Positions 1-8,955 of a stretch of 64,000 bases of DNA are shown one piece after another. Below the pieces are notes generated by a model, which was not told where the DNA came from, did no database searches, and worked only from the letters and a program-made list of their open reading frames with translations. The position numbers were made by a program, and so were the translations under genes. The stretch lies in NCBI GenBank assembly GCA_035561095.1, contig DATMYE010000026.1, forward strand, positions 7,917 through 71,916. The letters run 5' to 3'. Each line of letters starts with the position of its first letter. Within the stretch, counting starts at the first letter, position 1. Source of the stretch: Clostridia bacterium. Lineage in GTDB: Bacteria; Bacillota; Clostridia; Christensenellales; CAG-138.

Positions 1-144
1 AGGCCACTAGACGAACTGAGCGCGGCTGCAAGGGATATGATACCGAAATATCGCTCCGGTGTCAATAGAATATCTCAATAAAAAATCGGGTTCTGATACT
101 TTTTTTGCGATCGTTCCGAACGGGTGAGAAGCATGATGAATTCG

Positions 145-176
145 GCAAAAAAGGCGACTGAACTTGCAGCCGCCTT
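145..176 (-). terminator. Intrinsic terminator after the acyltransferase gene
   Basis: Minus-strand hairpin AGGCGGCTG-caagtt-CAGTCGCCT (9 bp, one G.U) followed by TTTTTTG, a few nt past the stop at 183. Confidence 0.7.
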
Positions 177-182
177 GGTGCG

Positions 183-1448
183 TTAATCGTGTTTCTTGGT
201 TCGTATATGGCGCTGATAGAGTTCCTCGGTCGCGAGCGCGATCTTGACGACGGAGAACGCACCACCATGCGGATAGCAATACCAGGAATCTTCCAGCGTG
301 TTAAGATCGACGCAGTCGCCGTATTTGCCCAGATAGTTCAGCTCGATGTGGCTGGAATAGAGCGATGGCACCGGCTTTTCCATCTCGAAATCGCCGTACG
401 CACCCGTACCGCGCACAAGGAACCCGTTCATGTTGTGCGTGAGTGTTCCATCGCCGATGTGGATATAGCCCTTTGCGTTGGGCAGGGACATCACGCGTAC
501 GGGAGCTGTGAAGGAATAGGTGCCTGCTTCCACCTCGCATCGCACATTGGCGCGCTCCCACTCATACCAGTCGGGGATATGCGAAAATTCGGTCTCGCCG
601 CTTGTCGCGCAGAGACTGCCAAGTTCGTCCATCTCCCAACGCTTGCCGCAGGAAGTGCAAAAGAGCTCCGTTCCGGCGGAATCCATCCTGTATTCCGCAC
701 GGCAGTTCGGGCACTGGAAGAGCACTTTATGCAGGCCTTCCGCGCGTTTGGGATCGGATACGCGAATGCCCCGCGCGCGCTGCCAAGAAAAATCATCATA
801 AGTGAAAGCTTCATTGATTTTTCGGTTAACCTCTTCTGCAGAGGCTGCTGCCAATGCATCCTTTGTAAAGAGACAGGTGAGCTCCGATTCAACCGGCTTC
901 ACGCCGCGGTCGCCAAGTCCCCAGACCGGCGAGTTCACGTGATGACCGTGCATGATGAGTGACACAACAGGAACCTTGAGAAGCTTGCAGAGCTTTCCGA
1001 GCGATTCCGGCAGCACCGCGTTGGTGCCGCAGAGGGAATAGCGCGCCTCGGGATAGAGCACGGCGATGTCGCCGTTTTTTACCACGCGGCCAAGCTGACG
1101 CACGAGGATCGCATCGTTGGTAAACTTGCGTTTGCAGATGCAGCCGACGGTGCGCAGGAGCCATTCGCGGCTTGCAAAGCCTTTTTTTGTGGGAGAAGTA
1201 AAACCGTCAATGGCGACGACATAGTTCGCGCGATGCGGGAAGATCGCGGCGGTGGTCACCTTGAAGTCGAGGAATGCGTTGTGGTTGCAGAGCAGGATGT
1301 ACGGCGGTTTGATGCCTTCCATTCCGATCTTCTGAATCTTTGCGCGGTGCTTCCAGACATCCGGATAACTGATCGCCCAGGCGATGGGACGCAGCTTTTG
1401 CTTTTTCGGATAAGCCAGCATGTCGAAGCGTTCAAACGAATCCTGCAC
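183..1448 (-). CDS. PlsC-like lysophospholipid acyltransferase with C-terminal CxxC...CxxC extension
   Basis: 421-aa ORF with GTG start and AAGGAG 5 nt upstream. Acyltransferase HX4D motif (NHNAFLD). CPNC...CTSC zinc-ribbon-like pair in the C-terminal half. Confidence 0.8.
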   Translation of the reverse strand: MQDSFERFDMLAYPKKQKLRPIAWAISYPDVWKHRAKIQKIGMEGIKPPYILLCNHNAFLDFKVTTAAIFPHRANYVVAIDGFTSPTKKGFASREWLLRTVGCICKRKFTNDAILVRQLGRVVKNGDIAVLYPEARYSLCGTNAVLPESLGKLCKLLKVPVVSLIMHGHHVNSPVWGLGDRGVKPVESELTCLFTKDALAAASAEEVNRKINEAFTYDDFSWQRARGIRVSDPKRAEGLHKVLFQCPNCRAEYRMDSAGTELFCTSCGKRWEMDELGSLCATSGETEFSHIPDWYEWERANVRCEVEAGTYSFTAPVRVMSLPNAKGYIHIGDGTLTHNMNGFLVRGTGAYGDFEMEKPVPSLYSSHIELNYLGKYGDCVDLNTLEDSWYCYPHGGAFSVVKIALATEELYQRHIRTKKHD

Positions 1449-1501
1449 ACGTTCTCCTTCTCGCGGGTTGACCGCGGGAAAATTTGATTGCGACTGATCT
1501 G

Positions 1502-1531
1502 ATTATAGGCGGACAGGATTTCGGCTGTCAA
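1502..1531 (-). promoter_or_regulatory. Sigma-A type promoter for the acyltransferase gene
   Basis: Minus strand TTGACA-18 nt-TATAAT, about 55 nt upstream of the GTG start. Confidence 0.6.
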
Positions 1532-1575
1532 ATAAAAAGAACGCACCGCCGGGCTTGTACAACAGCGGTGCGGTT
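1532..1575 (-). terminator. Intrinsic terminator after the hydrolase gene
   Basis: Minus-strand stem CGCACCGC...GCGGTGCG followed by TTCTTTTTATTT, directly after the stop at 1579. Confidence 0.7.
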
Positions 1576-1578
1576 ATC

Positions 1579-2115
1579 TCATTCTTTCGCCTGTAGCATA
1601 CGGATCGCTTCTTCCAGATCGACGACGCGGGCAAGCGGTTCAATCCAGATCATCCGCTCATAGTAGTACACGAGCTTCTCGCCGGAGAGGAAGGGGTTTG
1701 CATACGTGGTGGTCGCGCCGGACGGTACGAGCACCTCGTATCCGTGCTCAAATGCCGTCTTGACGCTGGTGTCGATGCAATACTCCGTCTGCATGCCGCA
1801 GATGACGAGGCGCGTGACACCCTGAATGGTCAGATACTCGTTTAAACCGGTTTTGAGGAATGCGCTGCCGAAGCGCTTGTCGAAGATGCGCTCTTCCGCA
1901 CGGGGCTTGAGCGAGCGCTCCAGCTGCCAGCCGGGTTTGCCGCAGGCAAGTACGTCTCCTTCGCCGCCGTCATGGCGGACATAGACGACTTCGGTTCCGC
2001 CATCGTGCGCGGCGTCGATCAAAAGCTTGAGGTTGACGAGAAATGTATCTTTGTTGGCGGGGTTGTCGTCGATCAGCACCTGCTGCACATCGATGACGAG
2101 AAGCACGGTTTTCAT
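1579..2115 (-). CDS. Isochorismatase-family cysteine hydrolase
   Basis: The N-terminus MKTVLLVIDVQ and overall length are typical of the family. Start trimmed to the ATG at 2115, which has GGAGGG 6 nt upstream (the ORF track starts at 2133). Confidence 0.85.
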   Translation of the reverse strand: MKTVLLVIDVQQVLIDDNPANKDTFLVNLKLLIDAAHDGGTEVVYVRHDGGEGDVLACGKPGWQLERSLKPRAEERIFDKRFGSAFLKTGLNEYLTIQGVTRLVICGMQTEYCIDTSVKTAFEHGYEVLVPSGATTTYANPFLSGEKLVYYYERMIWIEPLARVVDLEEAIRMLQAKE

Positions 2116-2148
2116 GCGGTACCCTCCGGTCAAATATAGAAACTGAGA

Positions 2149-2835
2149 TTATTCTACCAGATCGTCGCGGTATTCTTCCGAAACATGCCTCGAGTCGCAG
2201 AACGGCTTGTTGCCGGACATGCCGCAGCGGCAAAGCACGACGCGGTTGCGGATTTCATACACTGTTCCGTCAGCGGATTCGATCGGGATGCCGCCCTTGA
2301 CGAAGATGCCCGCACTCACGCGCTCTTCCGGGTCCTGCAGAATTTCGATTGCGGGCAGATAGTCCGGCTCGTGTTCGGTTCCGTCTTTTTCCACCGCTGT
2401 AAGCCGCCCCGCGGGACATTCGTTTGCGGCGATAATCGCCTCTGCGTGGTGAAATTCGCTCTCGGAATCCTCGGCGAGCTCCCATGCGTCACCGCTGTCA
2501 CGGTGGCAAAACCGCGCAAAGGCGCAACGGCCATCGTCCAGCAGATCGATCCCGTCGCCTGAGATGCGCGCCGCGCGCTGATGATAATCGGTTTTACACG
2601 CGGTTTCGGTTCCGTCGAAATGAGATGTGACGTGTGATCCATCGCAAAACGGCGGTGTTCTCGTCCGACCGCAGCGGCAGAGGGAATAGGTCGCCTGCTG
2701 CGGAAGCGGATCGCCATCCTCATAAACATAGCCACCGCCTTTGGGGACGATGACCTTCTCCGAGAGCGGTACGCAGCCGGAAACGACGTACGGGCCGTCC
2801 TTTAGGATGCGGATGCGGGGCTCTTTTTTCTGCAT
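2149..2835 (-). CDS. CDGSH iron-sulfur domain protein (two CDGSH-type motifs)
   Basis: Motifs CRCGRTRTPPFCDGSH and CRCGMSGNKPFCDSRH. The ATG at 2835 is preferred over the TTG at 2847. Confidence 0.85.
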   Translation of the reverse strand: MQKKEPRIRILKDGPYVVSGCVPLSEKVIVPKGGGYVYEDGDPLPQQATYSLCRCGRTRTPPFCDGSHVTSHFDGTETACKTDYHQRAARISGDGIDLLDDGRCAFARFCHRDSGDAWELAEDSESEFHHAEAIIAANECPAGRLTAVEKDGTEHEPDYLPAIEILQDPEERVSAGIFVKGGIPIESADGTVYEIRNRVVLCRCGMSGNKPFCDSRHVSEEYRDDLVE

Positions 2836-2933
2836 GTCAAATCTCAAATCCAGTTCTATAGAATCTTATGTGGACTACTCTATAGTATGCGCGTTTTGCG
2901 TTTTTGTAAAGTTTTGAATCTTCAGGCACATAA

Positions 2934-2968
2934 TAAAAAATCCGCCCCGGCGCTTGTCCGGAGCGGAT
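2934..2968 (-). terminator. Intrinsic terminator after the FMN reductase gene
   Basis: Minus-strand stem ATCCGCTCCGG...CCGGGGCGGAT followed by a T6 run. Confidence 0.7.
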
Positions 2969-2982
2969 GAATCGGTTTCTGA

Positions 2983-3537
2983 TCAGGATTCGATAAACTT
3001 CAGGAATGCGTCCGCTTGCTTCTGCAGATATGGCAGGCTGGTTGTAAGCTTCAAAACACCGTTCTCATCCGCCTGGTCCTGCGCGTTAGGAACCCGCAGA
3101 CGCGGAATGTTCATCACGCGGGCGTTGAGCATACTCAGCAGCATCACCAGAAGATCCTGCGCAACAACCGTACCGCCGAGGCCATTTGAGGCCCCGCTGA
3201 TGGCGATCGGCTTTTGCGAGAGCACCTGCCGCTCCTCCTTGCTGACGGGCCTTGAGAGCCAGTCCACAAGGTTTTTGAGGAGGCCGGGGTAGGAGTGGTT
3301 GTATTCGGGCGTGAAGATCCATATGCCGTCCGCGGCCTTGATCTGCTCCCGTACACGGCGCACTGCCTCCGGAGCCGGATACTCGATATCCGCGTTAAAA
3401 AGCGGGATATCGGAAATGTCGATGATGTCGAAGATCGCGCGGTCGCCGACGACTTCTTTTGCGGCGAGGGCGAGCTGACGGTTATAAGAGTTCTTGCGTA
3501 ATGAGCCGACAATTGCGGCAATTCGTTTCTGTTCCAT
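2983..3537 (-). CDS. NADPH-dependent FMN reductase family protein
   Basis: MEQKRIAAIVGSLRKNSYNRQLA is a typical FMN_red N-terminus. Start trimmed from 3615 to the ATG at 3537. Confidence 0.85.
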   Translation of the reverse strand: MEQKRIAAIVGSLRKNSYNRQLALAAKEVVGDRAIFDIIDISDIPLFNADIEYPAPEAVRRVREQIKAADGIWIFTPEYNHSYPGLLKNLVDWLSRPVSKEERQVLSQKPIAISGASNGLGGTVVAQDLLVMLLSMLNARVMNIPRLRVPNAQDQADENGVLKLTTSLPYLQKQADAFLKFIES

Positions 3538-3559
3538 GCTTGCTCCAGTTTTCGTTTCG

Positions 3560-4405
3560 TTACAGATTCGGGTTATGCTTGATGAACGTGCCGCGGCGCA
3601 GTTCGTCGAACGCAAGGTCGAGCTCGTCCCGCGTGTTCATGACGATCGGTCCGCCCCATGCGATTGGTTCATGCAGCGCTTTGCCGGAGAACAGCAGAAA
3701 ACGCAGATCGCGATCCGGCGTGGCTTCGATGGTTATGCTGTCGCCCGCGCCGAAGAGGATCGCCGTTTTCTCGCTGATGAGATGCGCGCTGACCACGGCA
3801 TCGCCCGTGATTAAAAACGCGAACACCGTCTCGTCCGGCTTGGTGGGCAACGTGATGCTACCGCTTTTTTCGAGCGAAACATCGAGGATGCCAGCTTGAA
3901 TGTGCCGCGGAGCGACGCCTGTGACGCCGCCAAAGCTGCCGGAGAGCACACGTACCGTGCCCCGCTCGACTTCCACGACGGGGATCATATCCGGCGTGAT
4001 GCCGAGATACGCGGGCTCCGTCATCTTATATGCCTTCGGCAGGTTCAGCCAGAGCTGCAGGCCGAGCATGCGCTCGGATGCCATCGGCATCTCCTGATGC
4101 AGAATCCCGCTGCCTGCCGTCATCCACTGGCTCTCGCCGGATTCGATCGTGCCCTTGTTGCCGAGGCTGTCCATGTGCTCGATCTTGCCGCGGATGAGAT
4201 AGGTAATCGTCTCGATGCCGCGGTGTGGGTGCCAGGGGAAGCCAGCCGTATAGTCGGCAGGATCCGTGGAATCAAACGAATCCAGCATCAGGAACGGATC
4301 AAAGTCATACACATCGCGGTTGCTCAGCACTCGCACGAGGGAGACGCCCGCGCCGTCAACAGCGCGCTGCCCGCGCACCGTTTTCACGATTTCTCGCTGT
4401 TTCAT
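3560..4405 (-). CDS. Pirin family protein
   Basis: 281 aa with the pirin N-terminal cupin signature (FPWHPHRGIETITY). Confidence 0.9.
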   Translation of the reverse strand: MKQREIVKTVRGQRAVDGAGVSLVRVLSNRDVYDFDPFLMLDSFDSTDPADYTAGFPWHPHRGIETITYLIRGKIEHMDSLGNKGTIESGESQWMTAGSGILHQEMPMASERMLGLQLWLNLPKAYKMTEPAYLGITPDMIPVVEVERGTVRVLSGSFGGVTGVAPRHIQAGILDVSLEKSGSITLPTKPDETVFAFLITGDAVVSAHLISEKTAILFGAGDSITIEATPDRDLRFLLFSGKALHEPIAWGGPIVMNTRDELDLAFDELRRGTFIKHNPNL

Positions 4406-4447
4406 GAATTACATCACTCCTTTTGAAAGATGATAGCGATAGAAGCG

Positions 4448-5233
4448 CTAGATGGTTTCTTTAGATGAAAACAAATAGCTGGCCATGCACATCGATCCCA
4501 GCGTGCATTCTGTATTGATAGACGATATTGCATCGTCTGCATCGCTCGCGCCCAGAATATAAAGCAGCGGGGCAAAATGATCCATCGACGGAACGGAAAG
4601 CTCTGCGGACTGTCCCTGCCGCTCAAAGTGAATCACCGCGTCGTGGTCCTTGTCCAGCACGGCTTTCTGAATATAACGGTCAAACTCCAGCGCCCAGGGC
4701 TGCCCGCTGTTCATTCGCCAGTCAACACGGGCGAGATTATGCACCACGTTGCCGCTGCCAAAGATCAGCACGCCTTCGTCGCGCAGCGGGATGAGTTTCT
4801 GGCCGATGGCATAGTGCTCCTCCGGCGTCAGCATTGCGTTGATGCTGAGCTGCACGATCGGGATATCCGCTTTCGGGAAGACGCGGTGCAGGACAGACCA
4901 GGTTCCGTGATCGATGCCCCAGTTGTTGTCGATGCTTACAGAGTCGCCGATCAGCGCGCGTGTTCTGTGCGCAAGTTCCGGCGAACCGGGAGCAGGGTAT
5001 TTCAGGTGATACAGCTCTTCTGGAAAACCATACATATCGTAGATCATTGTTGGCGTCGGCGAATCGTTGACTTTTGTGCCGCGCGTAAACCAGTGCGCGG
5101 AGACGGAGAGAATCGCTTTGGGTTTCTCCAAAGTGGTTCCAAGTGCGCTCCAGGCACGGGAATATTCGTTGTCTTCGATTGCATTCATGGGTGAGCCGTG
5201 TCCGACAAACAGTACAGGCATTCTTTGATTCAT
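4448..5233 (-). CDS. Class III extradiol dioxygenase (4,5-DOPA dioxygenase/YgiD-like)
   Basis: MPVLFVGHGSPMNA and an overall LigB-like pattern. SD AGGTGA lies 6 nt upstream of the ATG. Confidence 0.85.
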   Translation of the reverse strand: MNQRMPVLFVGHGSPMNAIEDNEYSRAWSALGTTLEKPKAILSVSAHWFTRGTKVNDSPTPTMIYDMYGFPEELYHLKYPAPGSPELAHRTRALIGDSVSIDNNWGIDHGTWSVLHRVFPKADIPIVQLSINAMLTPEEHYAIGQKLIPLRDEGVLIFGSGNVVHNLARVDWRMNSGQPWALEFDRYIQKAVLDKDHDAVIHFERQGQSAELSVPSMDHFAPLLYILGASDADDAISSINTECTLGSMCMASYLFSSKETI

Positions 5234-5303
5234 TTATTTTCACCTCTCATTGTGGTTGGGTATTTTGCGTGGCATAGAGGCGCACATACCAATTGATAGT
5301 TTC

Positions 5304-5332
5304 ATACTATCCCTAACATTCCGTCTTGTAAA
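5304..5332 (-). promoter_or_regulatory. Candidate promoter of the dioxygenase-to-hydrolase gene string
   Basis: Minus strand TTTACA-17 nt-TAGTAT. Confidence 0.45.
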
Positions 5333-5368
5333 GTATCTTTGGCACACAACAATGTTTCCATAAACTAC

Positions 5369-5397
5369 TTGACAGATCAAAAGAAGCATGATATAAA
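5369..5397 (+). promoter_or_regulatory. Promoter of the TetR gene
   Basis: TTGACA-17 nt-TATAAA with an extended TG (TGaTATAAA). Confidence 0.65.
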
Positions 5398-5407
5398 ATG
5401 AACGATC

Positions 5408-5433
5408 AATCAATGAATGAATGTTCAATGATT
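5408..5433. promoter_or_regulatory. Candidate TetR operator (inverted repeat)
   Basis: AATCAATGAA-tgaatg-TTCAATGATT, 10-nt arms with one mismatch, located just downstream of the -10 box. Confidence 0.5.
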
Positions 5434-5448
5434 TTGCGAGGTGACGAT

Positions 5449-6024
5449 ATGAAGATTCGAGACGAGCAAAAAGAAAAGCGCAAACAGGAGATTCTCTATG
5501 CCGGATTGAGCCTGTTCATCCATAAGGGATATTCCGGCACGACGATCAAGGACATTGCAGGCGCGGTCGGGATGAGCGCGGGACTGATGTTTCACTACTT
5601 CGCTTCGAAGGAAGAGCTTTATTTGGCGCTGGTGTCACAGGGTGTAGAGGGACCCATGAACAGCCTGGATCCCATGGGGCTGGAACCGCTTGCGTATTTT
5701 GATGCGACCGCGGAGCGAATCCTGAGCTATATCAAAGCGGAGCCGTTTGTCGCGAAGATGTTTGTGCTGATGAATCAGGCATATTACAGCGAGGATGTGC
5801 CCGCAAGTGTCAAGGAGCTGCTGAAGGGGTTTGACGTCTATTCTCCGACCGCGGCGCTGATTCGGCAGGGGCAGGCCAACGGCACAATCCGCAGCGGAGA
5901 CCCGCTTGCGCTTGCGATTGCGTTCTGGAGTGCGATACAGGGCGTTGCGGATTCGATCGCGATGTATCCGGACATGCCGTGTCCACAGGGAGAGTGGATC
6001 ACGGACATCCTCCGGGCAAAATAA
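5449..6024 (+). CDS. TetR/AcrR family transcriptional regulator
   Basis: N-terminal HTH region (ILYAGLSLFIHKGYSGTTIKDIAGAVGMSAGLMFHYF). The ATG at 5449 has GAGGTGA upstream. Confidence 0.85.
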   Translation: MKIRDEQKEKRKQEILYAGLSLFIHKGYSGTTIKDIAGAVGMSAGLMFHYFASKEELYLALVSQGVEGPMNSLDPMGLEPLAYFDATAERILSYIKAEPFVAKMFVLMNQAYYSEDVPASVKELLKGFDVYSPTAALIRQGQANGTIRSGDPLALAIAFWSAIQGVADSIAMYPDMPCPQGEWITDILRAK

Positions 6025-6045
6025 AAATTTCAATAGAGAAAGAAA

Positions 6046-7542
6046 ATGGGGGGACTTATGAAACAGGTAATCATCATCGGCGCGGGCTTGGCTGGGCTTT
6101 CTGCGGGCATCTACGCGCGGCAGAGCGGCTTTGAGACAACGATCTACGAAAGCCATACGATTCCGGGCGGCGCCTCGACCAGCTGGCGCAGAAAGGGATA
6201 CTACTTTGAGGGCGGACTGCATTGGCTGACCGGCTCGTCTCCGAAATCGCAGCTCTACAAGCTCTGGCGCGAGGTGGGCGCGCTGGACGACACGGTGGAG
6301 GTGCATAACCGCGACCCGTTCTTCAGCTACGAACTGGACGGCGTGCGCGCATGCCTGTACCGCGACCTTGAGAAGCTGCGCGCGCACCTGATCGCGCTCT
6401 CGCCGGAGGATCGGAAAGAGATCAACAAGCTCTGCGCGGACGTAAAGAAGTTCACGAAGATGGAGATGCCGGTGCTGGATCTGCCGAATCTCAAGGCGAA
6501 GAACCCGGCAAAGTTTCCGCTCTCGATGCTGTTCGCGATGATTCCCGCGATGCCGCGCATGAAGTATTACCAGAACATGTCGACGCAGGAATACAGCGAG
6601 AAGTTCAAAAGTCCGCTGATCCGCAAACTGATCTGTAACATGATCGGCGATTCGTTCAACGCGGCAGGCGTGCTCTTCACGATTGCGACGCTGTCCTCCG
6701 GAGACGGCGGCTATCCCGTCGGCGGATCGATTGCGATGGCGCAGCGCATGGCGAAGAAATTTCTTTCGCTTGGCGGCAAGATCGAGCATCAAAAGAAGGT
6801 CGAGCAGGTCGTCGTCGAAAACGGCGTTGCAACAGGCGTTGTGATCGGCGGCGAGACGATCTCCGCGGACGCGGTCATCGTCACAAAGGACACGCTCAGC
6901 TCGATCGACGACCTGTTTACGGAGCCTATTCGCGAGCCCTGGGCGGAGCAAATGCGAAAGCAAGCAGCTCCCGTGCTGAATGTGTTCATGGGCATCGGCG
7001 TGCAGGCGGATCTTTCCGACCTGCCCGCGAACTGCACGTTCCCGGCGACGAGCCCGATTCACGTCGGCGACCTCAGCTACGACAGCATCGGCTACAACAA
7101 CTACGCGGGCTTTGCGGGCTACGCGCCGGAAGGCTGCACCGCGCTGACCACGGCGCTGATCGGGGACAGCTATGCGTTCTGGAATCGCTGCAAGGCGGAC
7201 GGCACCTATGAAGTCGAAAAGCAGAAGCTCGCCGAGAGCATCATCCGCGAATTTGAGCAGAAGTATCCGCAGATTGCGGGTAAAATAGTCGTTTGGGACA
7301 TCGCGACGCCGCTGACGTATGAGCGGTATCTCGGCTCCTACAAGGGCAGCTGGATGACGATTTCGCGCAAAGGCGAGTCGAACATGCGCTATTCCTGCAA
7401 GCCGGAGAGCATCGCAAACCTCTACTTCGCGGGTCAGCGCCTCACGACGCCCGGCGGCTGTCCGGTCGCGCTCACCACGGGACGCACGGCGGTGCAGCAT
7501 CTCTGCATCGACACCGACACGGTGTTTCAGGGAAATTCGTAA
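6046..7542 (+). CDS. FAD-dependent oxidoreductase (phytoene desaturase/CrtI-like family)
   Basis: Rossmann motif IIIGAGLAGLSAG followed by YESHTIPGG. An alternative start is at 6058. Confidence 0.8.
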   Translation: MGGLMKQVIIIGAGLAGLSAGIYARQSGFETTIYESHTIPGGASTSWRRKGYYFEGGLHWLTGSSPKSQLYKLWREVGALDDTVEVHNRDPFFSYELDGVRACLYRDLEKLRAHLIALSPEDRKEINKLCADVKKFTKMEMPVLDLPNLKAKNPAKFPLSMLFAMIPAMPRMKYYQNMSTQEYSEKFKSPLIRKLICNMIGDSFNAAGVLFTIATLSSGDGGYPVGGSIAMAQRMAKKFLSLGGKIEHQKKVEQVVVENGVATGVVIGGETISADAVIVTKDTLSSIDDLFTEPIREPWAEQMRKQAAPVLNVFMGIGVQADLSDLPANCTFPATSPIHVGDLSYDSIGYNNYAGFAGYAPEGCTALTTALIGDSYAFWNRCKADGTYEVEKQKLAESIIREFEQKYPQIAGKIVVWDIATPLTYERYLGSYKGSWMTISRKGESNMRYSCKPESIANLYFAGQRLTTPGGCPVALTTGRTAVQHLCIDTDTVFQGNS

Positions 7543-7561
7543 CCGAATCAGCAGAGAAACA

Positions 7562-7588
7562 AAAAGAGCGGGGAACACCCGCTCTTTT
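7562..7588. terminator. Bidirectional intrinsic terminator between convergent genes
   Basis: AAAAGAGCGGG-gaaca-CCCGCTCTTTT, with A and T runs on both sides. Confidence 0.7.
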
Positions 7589-7589
7589 G

Positions 7590-8429
7590 TTAGTTCGCGT
7601 CGAGGTTGATGGAAGGAGAAACGTAGTAGCGGAATCCGTTTGCCTCACAGTAATCTTTGATCGCTTCGATGATATGATTGTCGGATTTTGCGTACTCCGT
7701 CAGGAACACATCCAAACCCGCCTCCTTACATCGCGCAAGATACGCCTGATAGTATTCCGTATTCTCGCGATCCTGCCGGATCAGTGCGCCGGTCGTGAAG
7801 TTGATGTTCGTGAACACGCACTCCTGATTCACGCCGGTGATCACCCGGTTCGGCGCGTCTGCGTCCAGCACCGCGCGGGAGACGAACACATCTCCGCCGT
7901 TGATGATCACGGGCTTGTCATATGGCGCGAGGGTTTGTAAAATCGCGTTTAAGCCCTCGTAAATGGCACTCGAAGGGTAGAGATAGGAAACGTCCGCATT
8001 GTCCAGAAAGAACCCGTCTACGCCTTTCTCTGAGAGCGATTTCGCCTCGCCTGCGACGAACGTCTGCCACTCCGACCGCGAGACATCGACCCAGTATTCG
8101 TCCGGCCAGTTGTCATAAGGGGAGAGGATGCAGCCCTTGACAGAATCGTATCCTTCGCGGAAGGTTTCAATCGACCCAATGTTGAGATAGGTGTAGACTT
8201 CGGTTCCGCTCTGTTGCACGGCAGCGATTTCGTCCCGCGTGAAATACTGCGCGTCGATGACGACGATCTTGTAGGTCGTGAGGATAGAGGCATCCTCAGG
8301 ATTGAGGCCGAGGAAGACGCCATAGTCGGTTTGTTCCGGCTGCTGTGCGGTGCAAGCAACGCAAATCAAAGCCAGCGTCGTCGCAACCAGCGAGAGCAAA
8401 GTCTTCTTTTGTATTAGAAAAATCCTCAC
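7590..8429 (-). CDS. Lipoprotein, glycoside hydrolase family 114-like (endo-alpha-1,4-polygalactosaminidase-like)
   Basis: Signal peptide with a lipobox-like LICVAC. The YTYLNIGS...WPDEYWVDV...KGVDGFFLDNAD pattern matches GH114 from my recollection of the family. GTG start 4 nt after the cupin stop. Confidence 0.7.
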   Translation of the reverse strand: MRIFLIQKKTLLSLVATTLALICVACTAQQPEQTDYGVFLGLNPEDASILTTYKIVVIDAQYFTRDEIAAVQQSGTEVYTYLNIGSIETFREGYDSVKGCILSPYDNWPDEYWVDVSRSEWQTFVAGEAKSLSEKGVDGFFLDNADVSYLYPSSAIYEGLNAILQTLAPYDKPVIINGGDVFVSRAVLDADAPNRVITGVNQECVFTNINFTTGALIRQDRENTEYYQAYLARCKEAGLDVFLTEYAKSDNHIIEAIKDYCEANGFRYYVSPSINLDAN

Positions 8430-8433
8430 GCGT

Positions 8434-8889
8434 TTAATACTTGGTCTGATCCTTCAGATAATAAACCTGCTTCATGTTCTCGCCGAAGATGCCGACCTTT
8501 TGCGTGTCGGGATAGAAGCAGACCTCGGGATTGTGCATCGTATCAAAATCGAGATACAGCAGCGGCTCGGTTTCGGAAAGATTCGTGAGCTGGTGCGCGC
8601 CCGTTTCTCCGGTCGGGAAGAAGATGGAGTCGCCGGCTGCGACTTCCTGCTCGCCTTCCGGCGTGCGGAGAAGACCGCGGCCATTGAGGATGAAGAAGCA
8701 TTCTTCGTTGATCGTGTGGTAGTGGTAGGGGAAGCCCGCTTTCTTCGGCGGCAGCTTGATCAGCGCGGCAACGCAGCCCTTCGCTTCCGCGCGGGAAACG
8801 AGGTCGATCTTTTCGTAATCATGGACTTCATGATCCGGTCTGCGTGTCCAGACGGCGTCCGGAGAGTTGGTGTGGCGGATGATGGACAT
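8434..8889 (-). CDS. Cupin domain protein
   Basis: Both cupin motifs are present: YHYHTINEECFFILNG and GDSIFFPTGETGAHQLTN. Confidence 0.8.
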   Translation of the reverse strand: MSIIRHTNSPDAVWTRRPDHEVHDYEKIDLVSRAEAKGCVAALIKLPPKKAGFPYHYHTINEECFFILNGRGLLRTPEGEQEVAAGDSIFFPTGETGAHQLTNLSETEPLLYLDFDTMHNPEVCFYPDTQKVGIFGENMKQVYYLKDQTKY

Positions 8890-8955
8890 GGTGGCGCCTC
8901 CTAGTGTGACTATAGGTTTGCTTACATTGTATAATAATTGATTCTTCCCCAGAAT

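Noticed and set aside
7-279. 90-aa and 68-aa minus-strand ORFs at the left edge
   Set aside because: They overlap the terminator and the 3' end of the acyltransferase gene and have no SD or motifs. The first ~140 nt of the window are left unannotated.
5635-7578. 647-aa ORF on the minus strand
   Set aside because: It is antisense to the FAD oxidoreductase, which has a clear GxGxxG Rossmann motif. The product is Arg/Ala/His-rich with no recognisable motif, which is typical of a high-GC shadow ORF.
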